From positions 34,900 through 98,899 of the forward strand of contig JAUCBJ010000358.1 of assembly GCA_032718475.1 (NCBI GenBank): 64,000 nucleotides of DNA, in the 5' to 3' direction. Made by a program: the position numbers and the translations under genes. The stretch comes from Nemertoderma westbladi (taxonomy: Eukaryota > Animalia > Xenacoelomorpha). Positions 12,987-25,766 of the stretch are shown here, piece after piece. Position 1 is the first letter of the stretch; every line of letters begins with the position of its first letter. A model generated the notes under the pieces. The model was given only the letters and a program-made list of their open reading frames with translations. It was not told the origin of the DNA and did no database searches.

Positions 12987-15900
12987 TCGAGGACATGGCG
13001 TAAATAAGACAATTTTTCTTTCATTACAAAATATTGATCCGGTCCACCACCACCGGTGTGTAGACCAGTTCTGGACATGCTCGGGGAGTCGGAATTTGGA
13101 GGAGAGAAACCGGAATCGATTCAATCTACCATCACACACTCTAACTCCTAATGGTACAAGCACCTAGAAAGCACAACATAGAAAGTATTATGAGCACAAA
13201 GACTCCATACCTGAGAGAGCAGATCAGTGATCCAGCATCGACTTGGATACAGAGCCTGGAGGGGTAACTGCATGTCCATTAGAGCACAGCAGCTACCAAG
13301 GTACCTAAAACAAGAAATAAATAACCGCAAAATGCGGTTAGCGTTCTACACAAGATGTCCAGAAAACTAAAAAAAATCGATGAAGTTATACAAATATAAA
13401 ACACCCACTATCAAATGAAATTTCTAAATTGCTTTCTAATGGCAAAATTTTGAAGCAATCAAATCACATCTTTGTCTAATTCATAAAACTTATCTTAATT
13501 ATTCTAGGGAGTTTCAATAACGCCTTATTAGGCCAACTACGCAATGAATTATCTACTAAAGAATCTAAACATATAATGGGCGTATATGAATACTCATCAT
13601 AACGTAACTAATCGAGCTCACGAGCTCAATACAAAATTATATCACTCTTGGAAACAAGACCCTGTTAGTGTTGTTAGACTTTAGTTCGCCTTGCCCCTCA
13701 ATCATTAAAAAGTAATAAGATTGCCTCAAGATTAGATTATATTAAAGTTATACTATGAGACTGGCTGGCGACCTTGATAAGGCTCATCGCTTCGGTGGTG
13801 ACCGTACCCCGGGAATTTCAACAATTGTTTCTGCAGAGTGATACTCGGTGTTATAATCAGGGCAGATAAATAATATGATGTTAATAGAGACAAAATAGTT
13901 AAATGTAACAGTAACCAAGATATCTTCAAAGTCGAGATCCAGACAGAATCTCAGCTCAATTTCTTCCTGACCTTGTACCGGAACCAATGACTGGGACAAT
14001 TTCAAACCTTCTTCAGCCTAACGACCTACACAGTGAAAATGCGTAATGTGCTCCAATGATGACCCCCCCCCCCCCCCCCCCCCCCCCCAGAGTTCATCTA
14101 ACGTGCTTACCATCAAGGAAAATCTTTAACCCAACAGTCAGTTTATTTTTAAGAAAAAAAAAACAATTTTCCATTGTAATAGCGCGATTCTTGCGTCGAA
14201 TTTCCCCTGGGGAGGGATCCATTATGATTTCGTGGAAAGTAAAGTCCCCCCCACCCCCCCCATATCTAAACGGTTTATCTATTCTGAGAGTAAACTGCAT
14301 TCGCAATGACAGATTATGTTAGTTAAGCTAAAAAATTTGTGGAAAATACACGCAGAACGTGGCCAAGGAATACATTGTAATGCTGACTGTTTATAAATAG
14401 TAGGCAAGCAGCAAGGAATACATAGAAATATCACAAGCAGAAGCAGTGCAAGGTATCCTCCATCCAATATATGGGAATGGGATGAGGTTAGATAGGTAGA
14501 TACAATATAAATCGAGGATATTCTGATATTCATTAACATAACTTAGCAGCACGTAATATATATTTCTACGAATTGTTATGCGTTATATAATAAATATATT
14601 CTGCGAAGGATATCTATAAATGCTGTGTCTTGGACAATAGGAGTAATGATAACACGCATATAGATTGCTATATAGTATTTATTGTCTTATATATTTTTCA
14701 TGACAGGCGTGTCCCCAATAAAGTGTCGCATGAAAAATTTAATAAGAATTTCAAAAACTAGATATTATTATTCACATGTATTGTAGAGAATGTGAGGTCG
14801 CACAAACAGAAACTATATATGATTGAACAAATTGTAAGTCTCGTTAGCATCAAGAAAAACTAAAGACAGCTTAAGCACTAGCTAAGGTATAATATGATGC
14901 ACTGGGTGTTAAAACCAATTAACAAAGACACACACTAGGTATACTCCTTACTATGCTATTTAGCAACCAGGTCTTTAAATTTCTAAGGATAAAAACTTAA
15001 CTTTGTGCAACTAAAGAGAATTTATAATAAGTTAACACGATAAAATAACTTTAAAAACTTCAAAATACTACTATATATTAATTGATGGCTGTATCGGATA
15101 GACGAGCGTCTACTATTCTAAAACATACACGCCGTAATTGTATGATTGTCTGCATTTTAGAATAAACAGCGATTCCGTTATTATCCAGTAGTCCCGTCCC
15201 TTTAATAAGGATGGGAATACCATTTAAAAAAAGTGTAAAATAAATATTGTATTTCTGTTAATAGGTTTTTATAACAACTGGCGCATCTACGAGCTAGGTT
15301 CCCAGCATTTAGCTAAATTGAACAACTTATACAAAGCACAGAAAAACCTAAAAAAGCTTAAGCTAATGGTCGCAAAGTACAAGCCCCAAAAACTACATAC
15401 ATTAAAATTATCGACAATGTATTTTTGATTGAGTTTTGTTAATTTGTTAAGTTACATTATAATATAATATTAAATCTATGAAAATAAAATCCTGTTAACT
15501 TAAAGAAACACAACAAAAAAGTTCATCACTCATATTGTGAAGCTGCCAAACCAAAACATACTAAAATACAATCAATTTTTTAGTACTAATAACAACTTTA
15601 TTATATCGTATTTTAGTAGGCCTTACGCCAAATTGAATTAGAAAGTTACAGTTTACTTTTTCACGCATTTACACGTTCTAGAATTCCACAAAGAATAAAT
15701 TAAACTTACTGTATAAGTTAGTTACGGAACAAGTTACATTATGATGACAAAATGTGATATATCGTTAAATTAGTGGTACCCAAATAATAAAACAAAAAGT
15801 TAAAACTTAAATAACGTTTCAAGTTCAAAAGTATAATTATAGCTAAGTATGAAATGTAAGTATAAGTGAGTATGAAACACAGACGTGCAAAAACAGGTAT

Positions 15901-17311
15901 TTATATATATTTTATATCAGTTATTAGATGCCAAAGGAGAAAACCACAAAAATGGATCTAAGTTAAGTACAAGCGTTGGGACCGCACTTACCAATAAAAT
16001 AAAAGTAAAGGAAATACAGAAAATGTTAATAAACTAAATATTACTACTACGCTGGTTATTTAATATATATATATTTATATATTTATTATATTAATGCCAC
16101 ATCTGAATATTTCAATCTCTCCCAATTTACTAAAGAACTTCACCACTAAAATAGTAGTTTAATGATTAAATTTCACGAATATTCGAAGTCAATATGTATA
16201 AGGACACATTTTCTCTGCAAATACAACATAGGGAATTTATAATTCACGAGAATGGGGGAACTCTATATGCGGTAAAATAAATATATATTTGATTGTGAAG
16301 TGAGAATTTAGGCAATAACAGTTCAAAATTAAATAAAATACGTCATTTCAACATAATAATACATCAAAACAGAAATTATATTTTCATACTCAAAATATTA
16401 TGCATAACGTTTTCTAAAACTAAAAGGTATTTAAGCACAAACAATTATTAGCGCTTTTACGAAAGGGGGGAGGGGGGGGGGGGGGGATAACATTACAATG
16501 GCCCACCACTTAAATGAAGCTGATAGATTATATTTTCTAATTTTCTAATTCGTTTAAAACAAATTTGACTTTTTTAATCTCAATACCGAAAATAATTAGC
16601 GGCAGGTCCTGATACATTATAATTGCTTTGTATAATGTTTTATAATTAATAACAAATAATCACGTTTAAATTCAGTATTTAATAAGCTCAAATCCATTGC
16701 GGCATGCAATTATTCAAACTCTATCAGAAAAGAGGGGATCTTTCATATGGGGAATACTAAATGTACAAAGCGGAATTCAAGTCCCGGGAATGTATTAAAT
16801 ACAATTTCTTAATTTGCTGCAACCCCTGGCAAAGCGATAGCAATTACAAAAACAATGAAAGTTTACGCGATAATGTTTCAGTCAAACAGCTTATATACCA
16901 ATGAATACGGTTAATTAGTTTAAAAAAATCTTGGTGCGAAGCTAGTTTAGTTTCCAATGGGCAGAGAATGACTGATGCAGCAAATATAATTCAAACTCAA
17001 ATAAACAGAACACACATACACAAAACTTATACTACTTCCCACAGAAGCTACACATCTCAGTATTGTACTAATAAAACACGACATTGAATCACTTCTAATA
17101 AATTAAAACGCAATATATAATAAAACAATTAATATAAAGACGAACAACTAGGATTTATTCGCTTTGTATTTATTGAGAACAAATTATCGCCTAAAGGTGC
17201 AAAAAACACTAAAACTGTATTTGGCGAGACGCGCCACGCGTTGTAACTGCCACCCCATTACGCTTGTCTCGCCTCCTATATGTTCGATCTATCACCAATG
17301 CAATTACGGAT

Positions 17312-18862
17312 CTAGTAATAAGTTTCTTCTTCTACGAAACCACCGGGGTACTTCCTTAGCAGATAACGCCTCCCCTCGTCGTAGATCCAAATAACTATCA
17401 TGAATGGCATCGCCGGCAGCCACCACTCCGCGTTCAGGGGGTACATACGCAAACCTTTATCGAGCCCGGGGGTGTAACTCATGATCGCCGCGAGCGAGGT
17501 CTCAAAGAGGATACCCAGAAGGAGGATCTTGTTGGAGAAGAGGCCTTGCGTGTAGAGGGAGTTGCGTCGCGTCTTGCAGATGATAACGTCGGCCCATTGC
17601 ACGATCACGATGGATACAAAGAACGCCGTGTGACAGGTGTACTCGAGGATCTTACGCTGGCTGTAGGCCCACTCCTGCCCGAAGGAATCTACCACGGAAT
17701 CGTTGTAAGTGTCGTCCCACTCCTTCCGGAGGCCCACGATTCTCCCTGGAAAGAACCCGTTCGACGATAAGATGACGATGTAGGTAAAGAATCCAGCGCT
17801 CGCTTGCATCATCCCGATCTGGCCGTAGGAGACGGAGATGAGGCGTTGGTTGACGAGCTTGTCGTACAGGGGGTCGCGCGGCATTCGCTTCATGATGTCG
17901 CTCTCGGCGGGTTCGTATGCGAGAGAGATGGCGGGGAAGAGATCGGTACCGAGATCGATACACAGGATGGTGACGGTGCCCAACGGTAACGGAATGTCGA
18001 TCAGCATGAACATGAGGAAGGGAGCGATCTCGGGGATGTTGGAGGTGAGCGTGTACGCGATGGATTTCTTTAAGTTGTCGAATATTAAACGACCTTCTTC
18101 CACACCGGTGACGATAGAAGCGAAATTGTCGTCAAGAAGGATCATGTCGGCTGCTTGTTTGGAAACATCGCTCCCCGCGATCCCCATAGCAACCCCGATA
18201 TCGGCTTTCTTCAGCGCCGGGGAGTCGTTCACTCCATCCCCGGTGACGGCTACGATCATCCCCTGGCGTTGGCAACCTTCCACGATGATGAGCTTCTGTT
18301 GGGGCGAGGTCCGAGCGAACACGATCTCCCGATGGTAGTGGATGATCTCGTCCATCCCCTCGTCCGTCACGGAGAGCAGCTCGGAGCCGTGGATAACGAT
18401 CGCTTGCGCGTCACGCGGGTTCACCTCGTCGATACGACAACCCAAACGGATCGCGATGTCCTCGACGGTCTCCATTCCGTCGGAAATAATTCCGACGCTC
18501 TTGGCGATGGCCTTCGCCGTGATGGGGTGATCGCCGGTGACCATAATGACCTTAATGCCGGCGCTGCGGCACTTGTTTACAGCATCAGGGACAGCAGCTC
18601 GCGGCGGGTCAATCATCGACATCAACCCGGTGAAGCAGAGGTTGTCCAGCGGGAAGTTAGGATCGTCCGAGTTGAAATCGAACCCCCTGGGGAACTCATC
18701 GGCCGGGAGGAACATCTGACAGAAGCCGAGAACCCGTTCCCCCATCCCGCCCAACTCCATATAAGCGGCGTTGAATTGTTCCTTGTAGGAATCATCTAGC
18801 GGGAGAATCTTGCCGTCTATCAGTATTGTGCTGCACCGATCGAGGATTCTCTCTGGGGCTCC
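17312..18862 (-). CDS. ATP1A: Na+/K+-ATPase alpha subunit, last coding exon (N/P domains, TM5-TM10)
   Basis: Motifs [44 protein letters not shown] and C-terminal ETYY; acceptor ..CTCTAG|GGA at 18863/18862, in frame with ORF 17312..18760. Confidence 0.97.
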   Translation of the reverse strand, partial: GAPERILDRCSTILIDGKILPLDDSYKEQFNAAYMELGGMGERVLGFCQMFLPADEFPRGFDFNSDDPNFPLDNLCFTGLMSMIDPPRAAVPDAVNKCRSAGIKVIMVTGDHPITAKAIAKSVGIISDGMETVEDIAIRLGCRIDEVNPRDAQAIVIHGSELLSVTDEGMDEIIHYHREIVFARTSPQQKLIIVEGCQRQGMIVAVTGDGVNDSPALKKADIGVAMGIAGSDVSKQAADMILLDDNFASIVTGVEEGRLIFDNLKKSIAYTLTSNIPEIAPFLMFMLIDIPLPLGTVTILCIDLGTDLFPAISLAYEPAESDIMKRMPRDPLYDKLVNQRLISVSYGQIGMMQASAGFFTYIVILSSNGFFPGRIVGLRKEWDDTYNDSVVDSFGQEWAYSQRKILEYTCHTAFFVSIVIVQWADVIICKTRRNSLYTQGLFSNKILLLGILFETSLAAIMSYTPGLDKGLRMYPLNAEWWLPAMPFMIVIWIYDEGRRYLLRKYPGGFVEEETYY

Positions 18863-19289
18863 CTAGAGTACAAGAGATACGTGTGGCTGCGGTCTGGATG
18901 CGGCCATTAATTATACCGGTACAATCTACCAACAAACAATAGAACACAAACGACATTGAGTGAGGCGGTATATTATTGTTCAACATTAAATATAAAATAT
19001 CCTCAATAAAAAGTCGGTATTTTGACTACAAAAACATAATTAAATTAAATCTATTCAATAGGCCTACAATATTCCGAATTACATCGATGTACCGTAATTA
19101 CCTTCATTAGAATAACGCAAAAACAAAAAATCTACTGTTTAGTAGAAACTGACAAAAATATAACGCGTATAAACACAACATTCAAATAAACAACCGAATC
19201 TAACAAACAAACATTAGGATAAACAATAAACGGTAGGCATATACCCGGATATCTACAGCACATGTTATAATAATAATAGTATAACTTAC

Positions 19290-20826
19290 CTTCATCACAA
19301 GTAAATGCCTGTTCTCATTAGGGTCGTCGATCTCGTGAATAGAAACCTGATACTTATTGGAGGAATTAAAGGGAATCTCGGCGACCTTTACGTTGGCCTG
19401 TCTCATCGCCATTACCGAACCCATCGACAACTCGACGCACTTGAGCAAGGCGGACTCGGAAGCGTCGCCGGTGGTCTCGCGTTTCAGAACCGGGAGGTTG
19501 TCCTGCCCGGGACGGAACTCGGCGCGGTTGCACAACGCCGCGATCCGGGACAGGGCCACCCATCCGGACGCCGTCTTGTCGTAGCCGGCCCCGCTCTGGT
19601 CCTCGGTGGTGTCCGCCTCGATGACCCGCAGGTCGTACCACATGTGGGCCACCGTCATCCGATTCTGCGTCAAGGTCCCCGTCTTATCGGAGCAGATCGT
19701 AGAGGTGCTGCCCAACGTCTCAACGGCTTCCAGATTCTTCACCAAACAATTCTTGGAGGCCATCCGCTTAGCGGTGAGTGTCAGACAGACGGTAACGGTG
19801 GCTAGGAGACCTTCAGGTACGTTGGCCACGATGATACCGATGAGAAAGACAACGGCCTCGATTAGCGTGTACTGCCGTACGAGGGCGAGAATGAAGAAGG
19901 TGACCCCGAGGAACACTGCGACGCCGGTGATGATGTGAATGAAGTGAGCGATCTCGCGGGCGATGGGAGTGGTGCCGACGCTGAGCCCGGAAGCGAGGTT
20001 GGCGATACGGCCCATCACGGTGCGATCCCCGATGTTGATTACGATGCCGCGACCGGTGCCCTCCACGCAGTTGGTCGAGAAGAACGCGAGGTTCTTGGTC
20101 TCCAAGGGGTTCTGGTTGGTCAACTCGGGGCCTCGGGACTGCGCCTCCGACTCGCCGGTGAGCGACGAGTTGTCCACTTTCATCTGACGCGCCTCGACTA
20201 TCCGCACGTCCGCGGGGATCCGGTCGCCGAACTTGAACTCGACGAGGTCGCCCACGCAGAGATTCCGCGCGAGCATACTCAACTTCTGACCCTCCCGGAT
20301 GCACAAGGCCTCCTGCGGGACCATGGACTTGAAGGAATCCATGATCCGCGCCGATTTGGCCTCCTGGAAATACGCGAAACATCCGGTGATGATGACGACA
20401 ACAGCGAGAACGATCCCGAGGTAGAGATTGTCCTCGTTGGGGTCGTCGCTTTTATTGATGATCTCGATGCTGTAGGCGAGGAAGCAGAGGATGGAACCGA
20501 TCCACAGTAAGGTAGAGAACCCACCGAACAACTGCTTGCAGAACTTAACCCACTCTGGTGTGGTTTTGGGGGGAGTTAATTCGTTAGGACCGTCTCGTTC
20601 GAAGTTTTCTTGCGCTTTTGCGACGGATAAACCTGTGGTTGCATTCGTTTCGAACTTGGCGCAAACCTCCTCGATGCTCATCTTGTGTTCCTCCACAACC
20701 ATCTCTTTCTTCAACTCCGCCAAATCCATCTTTTTTTGCTTCTTCTTGCTGATCTTCCCCTTCGATGGGGAGACATTGTCAGCATTCGCGGCATCTTCCA
20801 CACTATAAGCGTTTGTCTTACTCATC
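19290..20826 (-). CDS. ATP1A: Na+/K+-ATPase alpha subunit, large N-terminal coding exon (TM1-TM4, A domain, phosphorylation site)
   Basis: Motifs [33 protein letters not shown]; donor AAG|GTAAGT at 19290/19289 (427-bp phase-0 intron); acceptor TTTTCCTAG|G-ATG at 20827/20826, ATG at 20825. Confidence 0.95.
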
Positions 20827-21476
20827 CTAGGAAAAGATATTATAAATACAATAAATACCGGAATATAATTACCATACCAGCATACCATCAAGTATGGCAA
20901 GAGTATTAATTGTTGTTGCCAAATTGATTCATCATTTGTTTAGGCCTAAAAAATGTTAAAAAATATATAATAATTAAAATGTGATATATGATGTCCATGT
21001 CCATGAAAAATAAGGAATTGATATAAACAAAACAAATTATATATATACCGTAACGCAATACCGCGGTATATAAACGCTGTCCGCCCAGGCGGTTCAACAA
21101 CAATAACTATTTATTTTACAAAAAGAAGGTAAAATTTTTTTGTCCGACTTAATAATTCGCATTTTCGAGGAATAATTAAAGCAAATGCTTTTAATGCTTT
21201 CAATGCCTTTACTATTTCGAGGACATGCGGATAATAAAGAAGATAAAAAATACTTTCATTTTGTAAAAGATGTAGTTTTCTTAAAAATATTCCCTTTTCA
21301 ATTAGAAGTTTAACGTAGACCTAACAAAGTTATCGCAAATTTGATGACTATTCACCATTGGTAATTTAATAATACTAGCTATACGGTATTTCATTCCGCA
21401 CTTTACATTGATAGGAATAGGTCTGGCAGCGTTATAGTGAACTGTAGGTTATCATACTGATGTGACATATTGCCCG

Positions 21477-21637
21477 CGTGTCGTACTGTATGTACAAGGG
21501 CAATATACCATACGTGTCGTACTGTACAAGGGCAATATACCATACGTGTCGTACTGATGTACAAGGGCAATATACCATACGTGTCGTACTGATGTACAAG
21601 GGCAATATACCATACGTGTCGTACTGTACAAGGGCAA
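21477..21637. repeat. Minisatellite, ~5 copies of 32-35 bp (CGTGTCGTACTG[AT]GTACAAGGGCAATATACCATA)
   Basis: Read directly. Confidence 0.9.
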
Positions 21638-21762
21638 TAATTCGTGAATGGTATAAGATATTGTAATAAATGTACTGCCATTGGCCCGGAATTAGGTATT
21701 GAAACCTATTATGTATTGAAACCTAATAACTGTCTAAAGATTTATTCATTTTCATTTATCAC

Positions 21763-23503
21763 TAGGGATGTCCCGGAATTCCGTTCCGGCCGGAATTCCG
21801 GCGGTTTTTGCCCGATTCCGGTTCCGGCCGGAATTGCCGGAATGGGGTCAATTCCGGCCGGAATTTTACCGGAATTACCAGTTTCCTAAGTAGTTTGATA
21901 GTTGCCAATTAGTTTGTTAAATTATTATCAAAATTTATATATTTTTTTAACATATACTTCCAACTAGTGTTTAAGATGCTGTACTTGTCAACACTTGTAA
22001 AAAAAAAGTAAAGAAGTAAAGTTTCTTCGGCCGTTAGCTTAGAGCTACCATTTAAGGATGCAAGGCGGAGGGAGATAGAGATACCCCATTCTAGCCACTT
22101 CAAATCATTCGTACCGAAAAAAAAAACTGCCGTAGCCCATGCGAGGTTCGAACCCACAACCTCCAGAGAGACGGGAATTCAATGCAACCACTACACCAAG
22201 GTGGAACCTAATGAACCTGTAACGAGGGACAATTTACTGCCACCCCCTTTTTTTTAAGTCAATTTAGTCTTGATGGGTATGCACCACATTTCCAAAAAAT
22301 TGTCACCTGACAACTGTTTTTAGAACGTCAAAATTACACCTCCCTTGCTCCACTGGTAACACATAAGTCAAAAGCCATTTGTTAAAAAATATAAGATGAG
22401 TCACACATTTACAAAATATTTCTATACCCAAAGGTATCAATCCAGGCTTTCAGCATGCCATTAAGTTATGAGTCGTTTGTCAAAAAAAGATGTAACATGG
22501 GACATAATCACTTTCGCTCATAAGTCGTTACTTACGATTTACCAGTAGAGTGGAGACGAACCCATTGAAACGAACGTGTTGGTGTTCCATAATATATTTC
22601 GACTTACGACATATGACTTACCAGTGAAGCATGGGCCTTAAAGAGTGGTTTAACAATTTGCTTATAATATAATGTATTTTAGATTGATTTACATTATTTT
22701 ACTTTGCTATAATTATTAAATAATATGATAATATTAATATTGGTATTGTCCAACTCCAACACAACATAGGATTACCCCTAAAGCTTTGCAGCTTATTTCC
22801 AAGGGGGTCCTTCATGTAACTTGGTTACAAATACAATATTACACTTACACAAATACACTAGGCTATCCTAAATCTAATATAAAATGTTATTACACTAGGT
22901 ACAGGTCCTGCGTCTTTAGTTCCTGCAAGTGTGGTCGTTGGCGACGTTGAGTCATGCGTCAATATTCCCTGCGTCGTAGGTGCTGCATATAATAGAGTAT
23001 GTTTATTTATATTTACAGCAAAGCTATTTCTTACCAGAAATCTATTTATTCCCAGCAAAATTAAACTGTAAGATGTACTATTAACTCTCGTTTATTATTC
23101 TGATTCGAATAACTTGGCTCCTTTCCATAAACGACACCAGGATATTGCACTAAACAAACGACCCAAAGTCGCGAAACCAGGAAACCCAAAACCTCTGGTC
23201 AACGTAGGTTTTTAGGTATGAGCCTAAAAACCTAACTTTTGGCCAACGATATAGGTTTTTAAAAAAACAATGATATTGAATTCCCTGTCGTATAAGGCCG
23301 AAGTACCCCCCCTCCCGTCCTCATAATGGGCCGTAATGTGCCAAAATTCATTTATTTCACAAAAAAAATATAAGGTTTCATGGGTCATTTAGTGTATTTC
23401 ACTAATTTATACAAAATTCCGGTTCCGGCCGGAATATTCCGGCATGTTGAATTCCGGTTCCGGTTCCGGCCGGAATCCAAATATCGATTCCGGGACATCC
23501 CTA
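21763..23503. mobile_element. Non-autonomous hAT-type DNA transposon
   Basis: TIR TAGGGATGTCCCGGAAT / ATTCCGGGACATCCCTA; perfect 8-bp TSD TTTATCAC (21755-21762, 23504-23511); subterminal CCGGAATT/AATTCCGG repeats; no transposase ORF. Confidence 0.92.
22117..22202 (-). mobile_element. tRNA-derived SINE head or tRNA pseudogene nested in the hAT element
   Basis: Minus strand has A-box TGGTGTAGTGG, B-box GGTTCGAACC and then a T-run; no convincing cloverleaf. Confidence 0.6.
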
Positions 23504-25498
23504 TTTATCACCATTCACAAGCATATCAAAATCCCCCCTTTTGGTGATAACTAACAACTTGTAATTCTAGTAGAACGCATATTGAATTGATATATTAGGT
23601 AAAATCGATCCGCAATACATCCTCCAAAATAAGTGTGGCGTGATTAGCGTGTCTACATATTGCACAAAATATATGCTTTATGTGAACTGAACATGTATTT
23701 TATATCAAGGTAGTAGGTTTTTTAAGCTGAGCTGACTGATCTGATATATCCTTTTTGTTTAGTAAGTAACTGATAAAAAATATATAACCACACCACTCCT
23801 GCTTTGAAGGTGTTTGTGTCTTTGTTTACCAGACCAGTACCACCACTAACTAAATGATTGTGATTCGAATTAACCTAATATGAATGCAAGACACTAAGAT
23901 AAGATAGTATTAGTAAAAGTTTGTTTTGTGCTCTAAGTGCAAGTTAAGTGCTTTGTGAGTCGAAGTGCATTATGTAGATTGTCGACTAGCAGACTAGTAC
24001 CGGTACTTAACAATTATGGTGTAGTATCGTAGTATTTATTCATCGCTTTATAACATGGGTCAAAATCCTTACTTAATCATTATCAATAATATAATATGTG
24101 TGTGTAGTTTTAATTCATTACTTGATAGCATGTCGAACTACTTGCTTAATGATTATCAATAATATACAGATATTTATTTACACATATATATTACTGTTTC
24201 GATTTGAAAATATGAATTTTTAGATAAATTTTCAACTTTTTCATCACAAGTCAAAATAATAATCGCTTAGAGTCGGGTTAAACTTCAAATGAGAATGATA
24301 TTAATATATTCTTGTAATATGAATATGCATATATATATATATATAATGCAACTGCAATGCAGCATGCCGAAAAAGATATGAAACACATCTCCTTATTCTC
24401 TGCATCACTGTATTATTACATTACACGATTTCGTATTTTCAATAAAACTATTACTAACTTGAATAATGAAAGAATCGACACTTAGGAAACTTTGCCAAGA
24501 AGTATTATTGGAATTGCACAAAGGAGAATCACCAGACAGCCAGATGCCACAATCCAGTGGAATTGGTGTCCTGCGTGGACCGACCCAATGAATAAGGAAA
24601 TAAATATCAACTGAAAAATAAAATGTATGTGAGTGTAGCGGGTGGCACTCGAGAAGGAGTAGCGGTACAGTAATTAGGATCGAGTGTAGGTAGGTATAGG
24701 TAGGATGGCAGATAGGTAAGGTAAGGTATCGTACTGTAGTAGGAGTGGAGTAGGCTATAAACTAATATTTAATGAATTTATAGCTATATAGGTACCGTAA
24801 GCGGTAGCCCTAATATAAACATGACTTTGGTTAATTTAACGATATTTTTGATTATATTAGAATGTAGCAGCTGAATAAATGATAAATTCGCCAATGACGA
24901 CGGACACACGGACAGGAATACAGTCGGTGCATTTTTTATTCGACCAAGTGGCTTGGAAATATCTGGGAAGAAGCCTTAATTTAGTGTACCGGTAGGTATT
25001 GTTATTGGAAACTGCAGTACATGTACTGTCAAAATTTGTTGATTCAATTAGTCAATCCCATAGCATTCTTGTTTATCCAAATTCCTGTCTTTTCTTTCAA
25101 ACTATATTACATTATTGACTTGCATGGCATACTTTTTCAAGTAAATTTAACATATAGGAATACTAGGCCTATACAATCTCACTATTTACAGATTTGGCAG
25201 GATTTAGAGAATCACTGTAAATTCTTTGTGGATCCTTTATATATACGCTACTGATACTGGTACCGGTACTTGACATGTTTTTGATACGCTTATTCCTATA
25301 AAAAAGTTTAAAACGTAAAATAAAATTATGAATACCGGTAACTTAGTCTTGGTTATTCACACAATAGTAGAGAAGGAAAAATGATGTAAGCTACCGGCAG
25401 ATCGGTACCGGTATTTCAGTACCAGTATTTACAATTTACTGATTGATTATATATGTAGGCGATATACTTGCTATAGAGGTAGACTGAAAATAACTTAC

Positions 25499-25509
25499 CT
25501 AATTGTCAT
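25499..25509 (-). CDS. ATP1A: Candidate 11-nt first coding exon of the Na+/K+-ATPase (ATG ACA ATT AG|GTAAGT)
   Basis: Consensus donor GTAAGT; splicing to the acceptor at 20826 gives in-frame M-T-I-R-M-S-K; inferred, no transcript evidence. Confidence 0.5.
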
Positions 25510-25766
25510 TTAGGAGGAATCAGGCACCCAGGAGACTATGTCTGTATGTAAACTGTTAATTAATCATAAGATCGAATATATAATTCTATAATTCCATTTA
25601 TCAGTTTATTGCTCTACCAGTTGCTACGAGTTTTTGTACCGTTTCTTCACAGTTTTGGTAGTTAAAGTAGGCAGCAAGGTCTAATAATTATCAGATCATA
25701 GGCTATCAAATCAGTTAATGACAAATATATGTATAAGACAGTAGAAGGGGCGTATATATACACATA

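Noticed and set aside
10560-14050. Coding-like composition at ~10.6-11.2 kb and 13.1-14.0 kb
   Set aside because: Many stops and no motif I can identify; possibly old retroelement debris, and BLASTX would be needed.
17164-20909. Overlapping antisense and alternative-frame ORFs
   Set aside because: Shadows of the GC-rich ATPase exons with no independent motifs.
22117-22202. Functional tRNA gene
   Set aside because: A and B boxes are present but the acceptor and anticodon stems do not pair convincingly; it lies inside a transposon.
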